Assembly: GCA_964610465.1 (NCBI GenBank)
Contig: CAZSWA010000001.1
Span: 15,023 to 79,022 of the forward strand
Direction of reading: 5' to 3'
DNA length: 64,000 bases
Source of the DNA: an uncultured Gammaproteobacteria bacterium
Lineage (GTDB): Bacteria > Patescibacteriota > Microgenomatia > Levybacterales > UBA12049
Below are positions 27,728-37,562 of the stretch, in pieces. Each line of letters opens with the position of its first letter. Within the stretch, counting starts at the first letter, position 1. Below the pieces are notes generated by a model. The model was not told the DNA's origin and searched no databases. It saw only the letters and a list, made by a program, of their open reading frames with translations. Position numbers and translations under genes: made by a program.

Positions 27728-28312
27728 ATGCATACACCTAATAAGGGAAATAAAAAACCTCAGTGGAAAACGTTACGTACAAAGATAGCCTATAAAAGCC
27801 TTTATGTTACCTTGCGTGAAGATGCAGTGATAAAACCAAACGGAGAACAAGGGAGTTACAATTATATTGATAATAAGCCTGTAGTATTTATTGTTCCTCT
27901 CAACGACAAGAATGAGACATTTTTAATCGGTCAAACAAGATACCCCACACAACAATTCTCCTGGGAATTTCCAGGTGGAGGAGCAGATGCGAGTGAAAAT
28001 TTACTTGTTGCAGCACAAAGAGAACTCAAAGAAGAAACAGGACTTCAAGCAACACAATGGAAAAAAATAGGTCAATTTAACAGTTTAAATGGTGTTACTA
28101 ACGAAGTAACTCACGTATTTATTGCACGTAACCTTATACAAACGACCGAAAATAAAAAGGCAGAAGAGGGGATAGTAGAAGTAAAAAAACTACCACTTAG
28201 AGAGGTCGCAGAACTTATCAAAAACGAAACGATAGCCGACAGTCAGACCATAGTGGCTTTTACCAAAGTACTTCTTTATTTAGGATATATTTTTTCAGAA
28301 AATTTACAGTAA
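27728..28312 (+). CDS. NUDIX hydrolase (ADP-ribose pyrophosphatase-like)
   Basis: Nudix box EFPGGGADASENLLVAAQRELKEETGL. Start chosen at MHTPNKG (ORF track starts at 27680). Confidence 0.75.
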   Translation: MHTPNKGNKKPQWKTLRTKIAYKSLYVTLREDAVIKPNGEQGSYNYIDNKPVVFIVPLNDKNETFLIGQTRYPTQQFSWEFPGGGADASENLLVAAQRELKEETGLQATQWKKIGQFNSLNGVTNEVTHVFIARNLIQTTENKKAEEGIVEVKKLPLREVAELIKNETIADSQTIVAFTKVLLYLGYIFSENLQ

Positions 28313-28548
28313 CACTACTTTTACCTATTCCTTACTATTTTTTGGTCTCTTTCTTAACAGTAAGTTCTAGTATACAGTTACCTTTAGAAATCTACAGAAA
28401 GGAGTTGTTTATAAAAGATGAAATATCTTTTAGAAAAAGTATACAACACGGTTTTTTTCATTTCCAGTTCATTTTTTAAAGTATTATCCGCGCCCATCCA
28501 ATAGAATAGGGAAGCTAAATGATATAGTTAGTACTAGTCCATTGGCAG

Positions 28549-30741
28549 TTGCTGCATGAGATTGCCAAACTAAATGGGGTAGTGTATAATATTTTTATGG
28601 ATGGTTCAATTCAGGACATTTTGCGTCCGGTTTCTCCTCAAGAGGCTCTAGAAAAATATACGATAAACCTTACCATAAATGCAAAAGCTGGTAAGATAGA
28701 CCCTGTTGTAGGACGTGAGGTAGAAATCAGACGTGTAATGGAAATCCTCTCACGAAGACTTAAGAATAACCCAATTCTCATTGGTGATCCAGGTGTTGGC
28801 AAAACTGCCATTGTTGAAGGACTTGCACAAAAAATTGTTGAAAAATCAGTACCCACTACTCTACGGGATAAACAAGTTATTGTGTTGGATTTTGCTCAAC
28901 TTCTGGCAGGAGCAAAATTTAGAGGAGAATTTGAAGAGCGTTTAAAAAGCGTTATCAAAGCAGTTGAAGAGTCAAACGGTAAATACGTGGTATTTATTGA
29001 TGAGTTACATACAGTGGTAGGCGGTGGTGCAGCTGAAGGATCAGTCGATGCTGCCAATATGTTAAAACCAGCACTCGCCCGCGGCACTCTTCGTATGATA
29101 GGTGCAACGACAGTCACAGAATACCGAAAGTATATAGAAAAAGATCCAGCACTCGCCCGCCGTTTTCAGCCGGTATTGGTTGAAGAGCCAACAGTTGAAG
29201 ATACTATTTCAATTCTACGTGGCATAAAACAAAAATATGAAGTACATCATGGCATTCGCATCACAGACAACGCCATAATTGCTGCTGCTAAACTTTCCGC
29301 TCAGTATATCCCCCATCGCTTTTTACCGGATAAAGCAATTGATCTTATTGATGAAGCAGCAGCTGCGATAAAGATAGAAACTGAAAGCAAACCTGCAGAG
29401 CTTGACGAATTACACAGACGAATTACACAAATTGAAATTGAACTGGCAGCACTTAAGAAAGAACGATCAGAAATTGCCAAAACAAGGAAGGATCAACAGC
29501 AAAAAGAACTTGAAAAACTTAAGAAACAGGCAGCATCGATTGAAGAACGATGGGCAAAACAGAAAGATATTATTCAACAGATTCAAGATATCCGTGCGAA
29601 AATTGATGCCTATAGGATAGAACTTGATAGAGCAGAGCGGGAGATTGATTTACAGAAAGCTGCGGAAATCAAATACGGCAAAATTCCAGAGCTTGAGAAG
29701 AAATTAAATACACTTATGGAAACTTGGAGCAAAATCCCCTATGAAGAAAAAATTCTACGGGAAGAAGTCGATGATAATGATATCGCCAAAGTTGTTGCAC
29801 GTTGGACTGGCATACCAGTAACAAGAATTTTATCAACAGAGGCTGAAAGACTGCTTCGATTGGAAGAAGAACTCAAAAAGCAAATTACAGGGCAGGATGA
29901 AGCAGTCGATGTAATAGCTCGTGCAATTAGACGCTCACGTTCTGGTCTTTCAGAAAAAAATCGGCCTATTGGCTCATTTTTGTTCTTAGGACCAACTGGC
30001 GTTGGTAAAACAGAAACAGCAAAAGCTCTAGCTCGTATCTTATTTACTGATGAACATGCAATGACTAGAATTGATATGAGTGAATATATGGAGCCACACT
30101 CTGTTGCCCGTCTTATTGGCGCTCCCCCAGGATATGTCGGGTTTGAAGAGGGTGGACAGTTGACAGAAGCAGTCAGACGAAAGCCTTATTCAGTAGTACT
30201 TTTTGATGAGATAGAAAAAGCCAATCCACAAGTATTTAATATATTTTTACAAATATTTGATGAAGGACGGCTTACTGATAGTAAAGGCACGATAGTCGAT
30301 TTTAAGAATACTATCATTATTATGACAAGCAATCTAGGAAGCGAAGTTATTCGAGATTCACAAGCGAAAAACAAAGAAGAACTGAATCGTATTATTTGGG
30401 AAATTCTTAACCGAAACTTCAAACCTGAATTTCTTAATCGTCTTGATGCAGTAGTTATCTATAATGCACTCTCCCCTAAAGATATTTTAAGAATTGCAGA
30501 ACAGCAACTGGAGAGGGTATCTGAGAAGATGAAAGAAACAGACATTGATTTGCATTTTGATGATGATATTGCACTCTACTTTGCTGAAGTAGGATATGAT
30601 CCAGTCTTTGGAGCACGACCTCTGCGTCGCGCAATTGAGGAGAAGTTGGTTGATGAGGTAGCAATGCGGATAATTGAAGGAAGTATCAAGCCTGGTGATA
30701 AAATTACTCCAAAAATTGAGAATGGGAGAATTATACTGTAA
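28549..30741 (+). CDS. clpB: ClpB-type AAA+ disaggregase lacking the N-terminal substrate-binding domain
   Basis: 730 aa. Two Walker A sites ([18 protein letters not shown]), long coiled-coil M-domain between NBD1 and NBD2, ClpB-type C-terminus. Sequence starts directly at NBD1 (alternative start 28597). Confidence 0.85.
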   Translation: MLHEIAKLNGVVYNIFMDGSIQDILRPVSPQEALEKYTINLTINAKAGKIDPVVGREVEIRRVMEILSRRLKNNPILIGDPGVGKTAIVEGLAQKIVEKSVPTTLRDKQVIVLDFAQLLAGAKFRGEFEERLKSVIKAVEESNGKYVVFIDELHTVVGGGAAEGSVDAANMLKPALARGTLRMIGATTVTEYRKYIEKDPALARRFQPVLVEEPTVEDTISILRGIKQKYEVHHGIRITDNAIIAAAKLSAQYIPHRFLPDKAIDLIDEAAAAIKIETESKPAELDELHRRITQIEIELAALKKERSEIAKTRKDQQQKELEKLKKQAASIEERWAKQKDIIQQIQDIRAKIDAYRIELDRAEREIDLQKAAEIKYGKIPELEKKLNTLMETWSKIPYEEKILREEVDDNDIAKVVARWTGIPVTRILSTEAERLLRLEEELKKQITGQDEAVDVIARAIRRSRSGLSEKNRPIGSFLFLGPTGVGKTETAKALARILFTDEHAMTRIDMSEYMEPHSVARLIGAPPGYVGFEEGGQLTEAVRRKPYSVVLFDEIEKANPQVFNIFLQIFDEGRLTDSKGTIVDFKNTIIIMTSNLGSEVIRDSQAKNKEELNRIIWEILNRNFKPEFLNRLDAVVIYNALSPKDILRIAEQQLERVSEKMKETDIDLHFDDDIALYFAEVGYDPVFGARPLRRAIEEKLVDEVAMRIIEGSIKPGDKITPKIENGRIIL

Positions 30742-31374
30742 ATGATACAAGATAGTATTGCAAAAGATAAAGAGAGATGCCGGACATGTGGAGGGAATCT
30801 TCTACAAAGACAAACACAAAAAAAAGCAGCACAGCTTAAGAAGGCATATTACTATACTGCATACTACTATTGTCCTAGATGTAGAAAAATATTTCTTCAT
30901 GATAAGTTTAAAATAGAAAATAGTCATGATACTCCCCTTTTTTCCTTACACACTGCAATACATGAGAAATTTGATGTGGAAATTTGGACCGATGGTGCCT
31001 GTATCAACAATGGACGGGAGAATGCCAAAGCAGCATGGGCTTTTGTTTCAGGAGATATAGAAAAAGCAGGGCTTGTAATAGGTAAACAAACCAACAATAC
31101 AGCAGAAGCGTTAGCCTTTTACCATGCCCTTTTGTGGGCAGCGCAGAAAGGATACAAAAAGATAAAGATTTACTCTGATAGTCAAATAAGTATTCATAAT
31201 ATGAGAAAAAATGTGGAAGACATCAAACAAAATAGAGAGATATTTGAAAAAATATTTGAAGTGATTGTCAGACATAATCTACAGGTAGGGTTTGAAAAGG
31301 TTGCAGGTCATACAGGTGATGTGAATAATGAACGTGCAGATAAACTTGCCAATCAATTAGCTGGAATAAAATAG
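30742..31374 (+). CDS. rnhA: ribonuclease HI with N-terminal C4 zinc-ribbon extension
   Basis: 210 aa. CxxC...CxxC (CRTCGG...CPRCRK), then RNase H catalytic pattern (WTDGAC...TNNTAEALA...YSDSQ...GHTGDVNNERADKLA). Start abuts clpB stop. Confidence 0.75.
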   Translation: MIQDSIAKDKERCRTCGGNLLQRQTQKKAAQLKKAYYYTAYYYCPRCRKIFLHDKFKIENSHDTPLFSLHTAIHEKFDVEIWTDGACINNGRENAKAAWAFVSGDIEKAGLVIGKQTNNTAEALAFYHALLWAAQKGYKKIKIYSDSQISIHNMRKNVEDIKQNREIFEKIFEVIVRHNLQVGFEKVAGHTGDVNNERADKLANQLAGIK

Positions 31375-31860
31375 ATGTCCTTGACTATTTCTATTAAGAG
31401 ATTTAATATATTTTCTATGAAACAGAAATTCTATTCATTGTTCTTTTCTTTTCTTCCAATCCAAATAGCTTATGCCCATTGTGATGTGCCTTGCGGTATT
31501 TATGACCCAAAGCCCGCACAAATTGCCGCAGCAACAGTGCTTAAGATGGTGCAACTTATTGAAGCATTACCCAAAGAAAATCCGTCAGTCAATGATAGAA
31601 ATAAATTTGTCAGATGCGTATGGACTAAAGAAGAACATGCGAGAAAATGCAAAGAAGAACTTCTTATTCTCTGGACTGATTATTTCAAACCCGAACATCT
31701 TTCAAAATTTCCAAATCTGCATGATACCTTTTGGAAAGCAGCTAAACTTTGTTCAATCAACAAACAGGAAGTAAGTCTTGAACATGCACAAGAACTGGTC
31801 AAGGCAGTAGATGAAATAGCGCATATGTTTGAACAAGCAAAAGCTGCTACCAGTAAATAG
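31375..31860 (+). CDS. sodN: nickel-containing superoxide dismutase precursor (Ni-SOD)
   Basis: Propeptide followed by the Ni-hook HCDVPCGIYDP at the predicted mature N-terminus. Four-helix-bundle body (LWTDYFKPEH...). Confidence 0.85.
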   Translation: MSLTISIKRFNIFSMKQKFYSLFFSFLPIQIAYAHCDVPCGIYDPKPAQIAAATVLKMVQLIEALPKENPSVNDRNKFVRCVWTKEEHARKCKEELLILWTDYFKPEHLSKFPNLHDTFWKAAKLCSINKQEVSLEHAQELVKAVDEIAHMFEQAKAATSK

Positions 31861-32189
31861 TGCGAAAGAAATATTTTTCCTCAGTGTTTTTCCGATTATT
31901 TCCTTTTGTACTTTTTAAAGTGAGCGGTATGAGCATGTCCCCTACTCTTAAGGATGGTGATACTGTTCTTGTAAACAAAATAGTCTATCTATTTTCAAAA
32001 CCCAAAATAGGAGAGATAGTAATTGCAAAAAATTCAGCAACACACACCTATATCATTAAACGAATTGCAAAAAAAGAGAAAGGAAACTATTTTTTGCTGG
32101 GAGATAATAAAAAAGAAAGTACTGATAGCAGAAGCTATGGATGGTTTAGGTATCAAGATATTGTAGGGAAAGTGATATACTTAAGGTAA
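31860..32189 (+). CDS. sodX: Ni-SOD maturation peptidase SodX (S26 signal-peptidase-like)
   Basis: 109 aa. S26-type Ser box (GMSMSPTLKDGD) and Lys box (YIIKRI). Start overlaps sodN stop. Confidence 0.7.
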   Translation: MRKKYFSSVFFRLFPFVLFKVSGMSMSPTLKDGDTVLVNKIVYLFSKPKIGEIVIAKNSATHTYIIKRIAKKEKGNYFLLGDNKKESTDSRSYGWFRYQDIVGKVIYLR

Positions 32190-32195
32190 TAAATT

Positions 32196-32738
32196 ATGGA
32201 TATAGTTCTTTTAAATCTTAGCATTTTTCTTCTTCTGATATTACTTTTATTCCTTTACTCAATGGTATGGCCGCCTGACAGCCCTTGGTCTCCGTGGTGG
32301 AGAACATCAAAAAAAATTGCAGTAGTCATGTGTAAACTGGCAAAAATTAAAAAAAGCGATGTCATTTATGATTTAGGATGCGGTGATGGAGTGGCACTTG
32401 TGACTGCTGCCAAAGATTATGGTGCAAAAGGAGTGGGTGTAGAGATTGATGTATTTCGAGTACTTATTGCACGACTTCGGGTATTCTTAACTCATGTAAG
32501 TGGAAGTGTTACTATTGATCAAAAAAATTTTTTTGATGTCGATGTCTCGTCATCAACAGTCGTCTTTATGTATCTTATCCCAAAAACTCTAAAGAGATTA
32601 AAGCCGAAACTTTTGAACGAATTAAAACCTGGATCAAGAGTAGTAACTTTTGTCTACAGACTGGACTATCTTCCACTTATTGCCAGTGATCTCAAAAATG
32701 AAGTCTATGTCTATGAGATACCAAAGAAAAAGAAGTAA
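32196..32738 (+). CDS. class I SAM-dependent methyltransferase with N-terminal TM helix
   Basis: Motif I (IYDLGCGDGVALV) and post-I acidic residue (GVEID). Confidence 0.65.
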   Translation: MDIVLLNLSIFLLLILLLFLYSMVWPPDSPWSPWWRTSKKIAVVMCKLAKIKKSDVIYDLGCGDGVALVTAAKDYGAKGVGVEIDVFRVLIARLRVFLTHVSGSVTIDQKNFFDVDVSSSTVVFMYLIPKTLKRLKPKLLNELKPGSRVVTFVYRLDYLPLIASDLKNEVYVYEIPKKKK

Positions 32739-32755
32739 GATGCAATAGTGTTTAC

Positions 32756-33826
32756 CTACTTTTTCATTCGTAACATGAGCCATCGTAATTTGTCTACATA
32801 TTTATAGCCTTGATATAAAACTGGATTTATTACTAAATCATAACTTCCTACAAATTCAGTAAGGGTTGCTCCATATTTCTGTTTAAAGTTATGAAAACCA
32901 AACCATGGGTCATTGGTATCAGGGTTTGGCCCAAGTGCTCCCCACATATCAAACTTTTGTAAATTTAGTTTTTTGCCAAAACGTATCGCTTCCCACATAA
33001 TAAGGTTTGACGCCATTACTTCGCGGTGTTCATTACTCGACGCGCCATAAGGATAATACAATGTGTCTTTAAATACAAAAAGAATCCAGGCTGCAAGGAC
33101 TTTGTGTTGATATTTGGCAAGGAACAAATGAGAACTTAATTCATTTTTTTGAGGAGTATGAGAAAAGGTTTGCCACTGCAATTTGTGATAGTTCTTTGTG
33201 TGGGCATAAAAGTTTTGTCTTTGAGTTGTCTCTTGTGTAAGTTGCCAGTACTGTTCAAATGCTTCCAGTGAATTTTCTTCAACTATTTCCACTTCATGTT
33301 TTTTGGCAACTCTAATATTGTAACGGGCTTTTGGATGCATGTTTTTCAGTAGTTCTTCTTCAGATTTGGTCAGGTCAAGAATAAAAGTATATTTAGTAAA
33401 GAGAGGATGAGCTGCCGGAACTAAATCAAATTCCTTAATTCTTAATTCTTGACCAAAGGTCCCTCGCAGACCACGGGTCCCTGCGGGAGGCCTGTGGCCT
33501 GTGGGATTCTTGATTCTTATACTATTGGGTTCAAGTTGTACAAAAATACATTTTTCCTCTTTTCCAATTTTTTTAAGTTCATGTATGAGCATTTCATTTG
33601 GTAACTCCCCTTTTGGTAGATACCCAATCAAATATGGAGTATGAGGAACAGGATGAAGTGTTATCGTAAAACCCGAAATAAGTTTATCATTATCAAAAAT
33701 TCCTTTTCGTATTACTTTCACTCCTGTTCTTTCTCGAAACTCTCCCCATTCAAAACTTTGTAAAGGATGTGAGACCACATTATTGTAAGCCTTCCTTTCG
33801 TTATCTGTAATAGTTTGTAGTTTCAT
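32756..33826 (-). CDS. FemAB-family peptidoglycan interpeptide-bridge aminoacyltransferase-like protein
   Basis: 356 aa. FemX-like landmarks (QSFEWGEF, KARYNIRVAKKHEVEI, YYPYGASS). Contains an extra Gly/Arg-rich insertion. Confidence 0.6.
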   Translation of the reverse strand: MKLQTITDNERKAYNNVVSHPLQSFEWGEFRERTGVKVIRKGIFDNDKLISGFTITLHPVPHTPYLIGYLPKGELPNEMLIHELKKIGKEEKCIFVQLEPNSIRIKNPTGHRPPAGTRGLRGTFGQELRIKEFDLVPAAHPLFTKYTFILDLTKSEEELLKNMHPKARYNIRVAKKHEVEIVEENSLEAFEQYWQLTQETTQRQNFYAHTKNYHKLQWQTFSHTPQKNELSSHLFLAKYQHKVLAAWILFVFKDTLYYPYGASSNEHREVMASNLIMWEAIRFGKKLNLQKFDMWGALGPNPDTNDPWFGFHNFKQKYGATLTEFVGSYDLVINPVLYQGYKYVDKLRWLMLRMKK

Positions 33827-33830
33827 ATAC

Positions 33831-35649
33831 TTATTCTATTATAGAGAAATTTTTGGAGATTATGTGGTCTGGAAGTTCAAGGACAAAGCGAGAGATTGTG
33901 TTGGAAGTTCTTTGACCAAAAAATAATCTATGAATTGCATAGGTTAAAAAAAGTTTTTGTTTGGCACGTGTCATGCCAACATAACAGAGTCTTCTTTCTT
34001 CTTCCAGTTCATGTTTGTCCATAAGACTTCTGCTATGTGGGAATAGTCCTTCTTCCATGCCAATCATAAATACTATAGGGAATTCCAATCCTTTTGCAGC
34101 ATGAAGTGTCATAAGGGTTACTGCATTTTTCTCTGTCTTGTCTTCTGAAGTATTATATTCCTGCTCAACAAGTGCGATATTTTCCAAAAATTCTGTAAGG
34201 TTTGGAAAATTAATGGCGACTGAACGAAGTTCTTTAATATTCTCAAGTCTTGCTCTATCTCCTTCATCTTTCTCATCATAGAGACTTAGGTATCCAGTTG
34301 CTTTCAGGCATCCATCCAATAAGTTAATAGTAATTTCTTCTTTATCTTTGGGTAGAGTTTCTTTATAATTTAAAAATTGGGAGAGACGCGTTTTCCCAAT
34401 CTTTTCTATCCGTTTATAGGCAACCATGTCTTTCGGATTGGCAAGTACGCGAAGATAGGAAATAACATCTTTTATTTCTTTCCGTTCATAAAATCTTACT
34501 CCTCCAATAAGAATATAAGGGATGCTATGATGCAAAAATGCTTCTTCAATCACGCGGGATTGGGCATTGGTGCGGTACAAAACTGCGACATCTTTAAGGT
34601 TGGTAATATTCATACTGGCAAGTTTCATAATAATATAGTTTGCTTCGTCCTGTTCATTAACCGCTTCATATAGTTCAATTTTTTCACCTTGCGGATTTTG
34701 TGTCCATAAAGACAGCACAGGATGGGTAGTATTTTTGGAAATTACTGCATATGCTCCATCAAGAATCTTTTGCGTTGAGCGATAATTTTGTGAGAGAGAA
34801 AAGGTTTTGGTATTTGGAAAGTCATCCTTAAATCTCATAAGGTTTCGATAATCGGCACCCCGCCAGCTGTAAATACTTTGAGAGAAATCTCCAACCACAC
34901 ATACATTTTTCCATTTTTGTGAAAGAAGTTTGGTGAGTATATATTGAGCTCTATTAGTATCCTGATATTCATCAATTAAAGTGTATTGAAATTTATTTTG
35001 ATATTTTTCAAGAACGGTGGGGTTTTCCCTAAAAAGTTTGACTGTTTGGAGTATTAAATCATCAAAATCTACTGCATCGTTTTCCTTAAGAAGTGACTGA
35101 TAAATAGAAAAAATATGAGCTACAGTTTCCTGAAAATGACCTCGTGCATACATAGGATATTCTTTCTCATCAATTAATTCATTTTTGGCTTGAGAGATAG
35201 TGGCATGAACTGAGTGAGGTTTAAAGTCTTTACTTGAGATATTAAGTCTTCTCATTGCTTCTTTTATCATTTCAAGTTGATCTTCAGAATCAAAAATATG
35301 AAACTTTGGAGAAAGACCTACATCTTTCCCATCAAGGCGCAGTATTTTTGCACATAAAGAATGAAAGGTTGATATCCACGGTTTCCCTGGAACTGTCTGT
35401 TCAGGGTGGTTCTCTGGTATTGCTTTTTCAATTCGTTCTTTCATCTCCTGTGCTGCTTTATTGGTGAAAGTAACCATAAGAATATTTTGTGGTGTAATAT
35501 GCTTTTCAAGCATAAGATAAATTACTTTGTAAGTGAGTACACGTGTTTTTCCTGAGCCGGCACCTGCAAGTACAATAATTGGTCCATCAGTACAAAGTAC
35601 CGCTTGTTGCTGTTCAGGATTTAAATCCTTGAGTAAAAGGCTTTGCATA
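33831..35649 (-). CDS. pcrA: UvrD/PcrA-type ATP-dependent DNA helicase
   Basis: Walker A GAGSGKT, helicase motifs II (DEYQDT), III-VI. Start set at MQSLLLKDLNPEQQ; ORF track extends further upstream with no homology. Confidence 0.85.
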
Positions 35650-35729
35650 GAGTATAATGATAAGACTTGAACTATCGAGTCTTCGCAAAATACAAAGGAT
35701 AGTTCAAGGAATACTATCCATTGTATCAT

Positions 35730-36407
35730 ATGAAAAAGCTCTTGATAGTTGCGAACTGGAAATCGAATAAAAATATTGAAGAAGCAATGCAATGGATGTA
35801 TGAAATTCATCATGCGTCATTTGGACAATCAGAAATTGAAAATAAAGAAATAATTCTTTGTCCTCCTCTTCTCTTACTGCCAGGACTTAAGTCATTAGTT
35901 GATACCTATAAAGATTCTCCATTTACTATAAAACTTGGCAGCCAAGATATGTCTCCTTTTGATGCCGGCGCGTATACAGGTGAGGAACCGCCGCATCTGC
36001 TTAAAGAATTTGCAGAATACGCAATTATCGGTCATTCTGAACGAAGAACTCATTTCTTTGAGAACGATGATATGCTCACTCAAAAGGTGAATGAAGCGTT
36101 TCATTATTTTATAACTCCTCTCTTTTGTATTCAAAATGAAGATACATTCATTCCAAAAGGAGTTAAAATTTGCGCGTATGAACCACCATCTGCGATAGGA
36201 ACAGGCAGACCTGATACTCCGGAAAATGCCAATAATGTCGCAGATACAGTTAAAAAATCTCATCATGTAGAAGCAGTACTTTACGGGGGAAGCGTCAAAC
36301 CAGAAAATGTAAAGAATTTTACTCAAATGGAACATATCGATGGAGTGCTTATAGGTGGCGCAAGTCTTGATCCTTTCACATTCATACAAATTATTAAAAA
36401 CTCCTAG
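35730..36407 (+). CDS. tpiA: triosephosphate isomerase
   Basis: ANWKSN (NWKMN-like), catalytic AYEPPSAIGTG, GGSV, C-terminal GGASL. Start at MKKLLIV. Confidence 0.85.
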   Translation: MKKLLIVANWKSNKNIEEAMQWMYEIHHASFGQSEIENKEIILCPPLLLLPGLKSLVDTYKDSPFTIKLGSQDMSPFDAGAYTGEEPPHLLKEFAEYAIIGHSERRTHFFENDDMLTQKVNEAFHYFITPLFCIQNEDTFIPKGVKICAYEPPSAIGTGRPDTPENANNVADTVKKSHHVEAVLYGGSVKPENVKNFTQMEHIDGVLIGGASLDPFTFIQIIKNS

Positions 36408-36410
36408 TGT

Positions 36411-37562
36411 ATGCTAAATAAAAAAAAACAGGGCACTATACAAAGTAGGATTTTCTATGGCATTGTGATAGTGTTATTGGTTTTTGTTGGATTTGGAGTC
36501 TTTAAGACCTCAAAATATTTCCCATTCATCTATCAACTTTTTTTTAACAAAACGATTAATCTTAAAGTAACAAAAGATAAGACAGTGAATATTCTTCTTC
36601 TTGGAATTGGAGGAGGTACTCATGATGGGCCTGATTTAACAGATACTATTATTTTTGCCAGCCTTAATCCTGCCAATAATAAAGTTACTCTTGTTTCAAT
36701 TCCGCGAGACTTATGGTTTCCAAGTTTACAAGGGAAAATAAATACAGCCTATACTATGGGTGGATTGGCAAAAGCAAAGGATGCAGTAAGTAGCGTTATT
36801 GGGCAGCCAATTAACTATGGAGTACGTATTGATTTTGGAGGATTTGTTAAAGCAGTAGATCTGGTGAAGGGACTTGATATTATTGTTGATAGAGCCTTTG
36901 ATGATAATGCATATCCAATTGAGGGAAAAGAAGATGATACGTGTGGATATACGGACCAACAGATACAAGATCTTACCTCACAAATTGCAACAGGAAGCGC
37001 CTCAGAAACAGATGCGTTCCCTTGTCGTTATATGCAGTTACATTTTGATAAAGGATTACAGCATATGGATGGTCAGACAGCCTTAGAGTATGTTCGCTCC
37101 CGCCATGCATTGGGTATTGAGGGAACTGATTTTGCGCGGTCTGCAAGACAACAGAAAGTTATTGAAGCATTCAAACAAAAACTTTTTTCAGCAGGTACAA
37201 TTCTCAATCCGACAAAAATAATAGGACTTTATACTATTTTAAAAGATAGTATTGATACGGATATACAACCGAATGAGTATGACAGTTTCATTAAGCTTGC
37301 TCAAAAACTAAAAGGTGTTTCTATCAAATCAACGGTGTTAGATATTGGCGACCCTGATACCAATAGATTAGGTCTTCTGACGAATCCAACAGATACATCT
37401 TTATACGCAGGGGCATGGGTACTTATTCCACGTATAGGGAACGATAACTACTCAGAAATTCATTCATATGTTACCTGTGAAATAGTTCATGACAAGTGTA
37501 TTATAGGTGAACATGGTATTCTTACCCCTACTCCAATACAAACAATTATTAAGAAGAAGTAA
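36411..37562 (+). CDS. LytR-CpsA-Psr (LCP) family cell-wall glycopolymer ligase
   Basis: 383 aa. N-terminal TM, LCP core (NILLLGIGGG...DLTDTIIFASL...VSIPRDLW). Confidence 0.8.
   Translation: MLNKKKQGTIQSRIFYGIVIVLLVFVGFGVFKTSKYFPFIYQLFFNKTINLKVTKDKTVNILLLGIGGGTHDGPDLTDTIIFASLNPANNKVTLVSIPRDLWFPSLQGKINTAYTMGGLAKAKDAVSSVIGQPINYGVRIDFGGFVKAVDLVKGLDIIVDRAFDDNAYPIEGKEDDTCGYTDQQIQDLTSQIATGSASETDAFPCRYMQLHFDKGLQHMDGQTALEYVRSRHALGIEGTDFARSARQQKVIEAFKQKLFSAGTILNPTKIIGLYTILKDSIDTDIQPNEYDSFIKLAQKLKGVSIKSTVLDIGDPDTNRLGLLTNPTDTSLYAGAWVLIPRIGNDNYSEIHSYVTCEIVHDKCIIGEHGILTPTPIQTIIKKK

Noticed and set aside
35895-36389. 164-aa minus-strand ORF
   Set aside because: Completely antisense to tpiA, which has the catalytic AYEPxxAIGTG motif; Cys/Phe-rich artefact.
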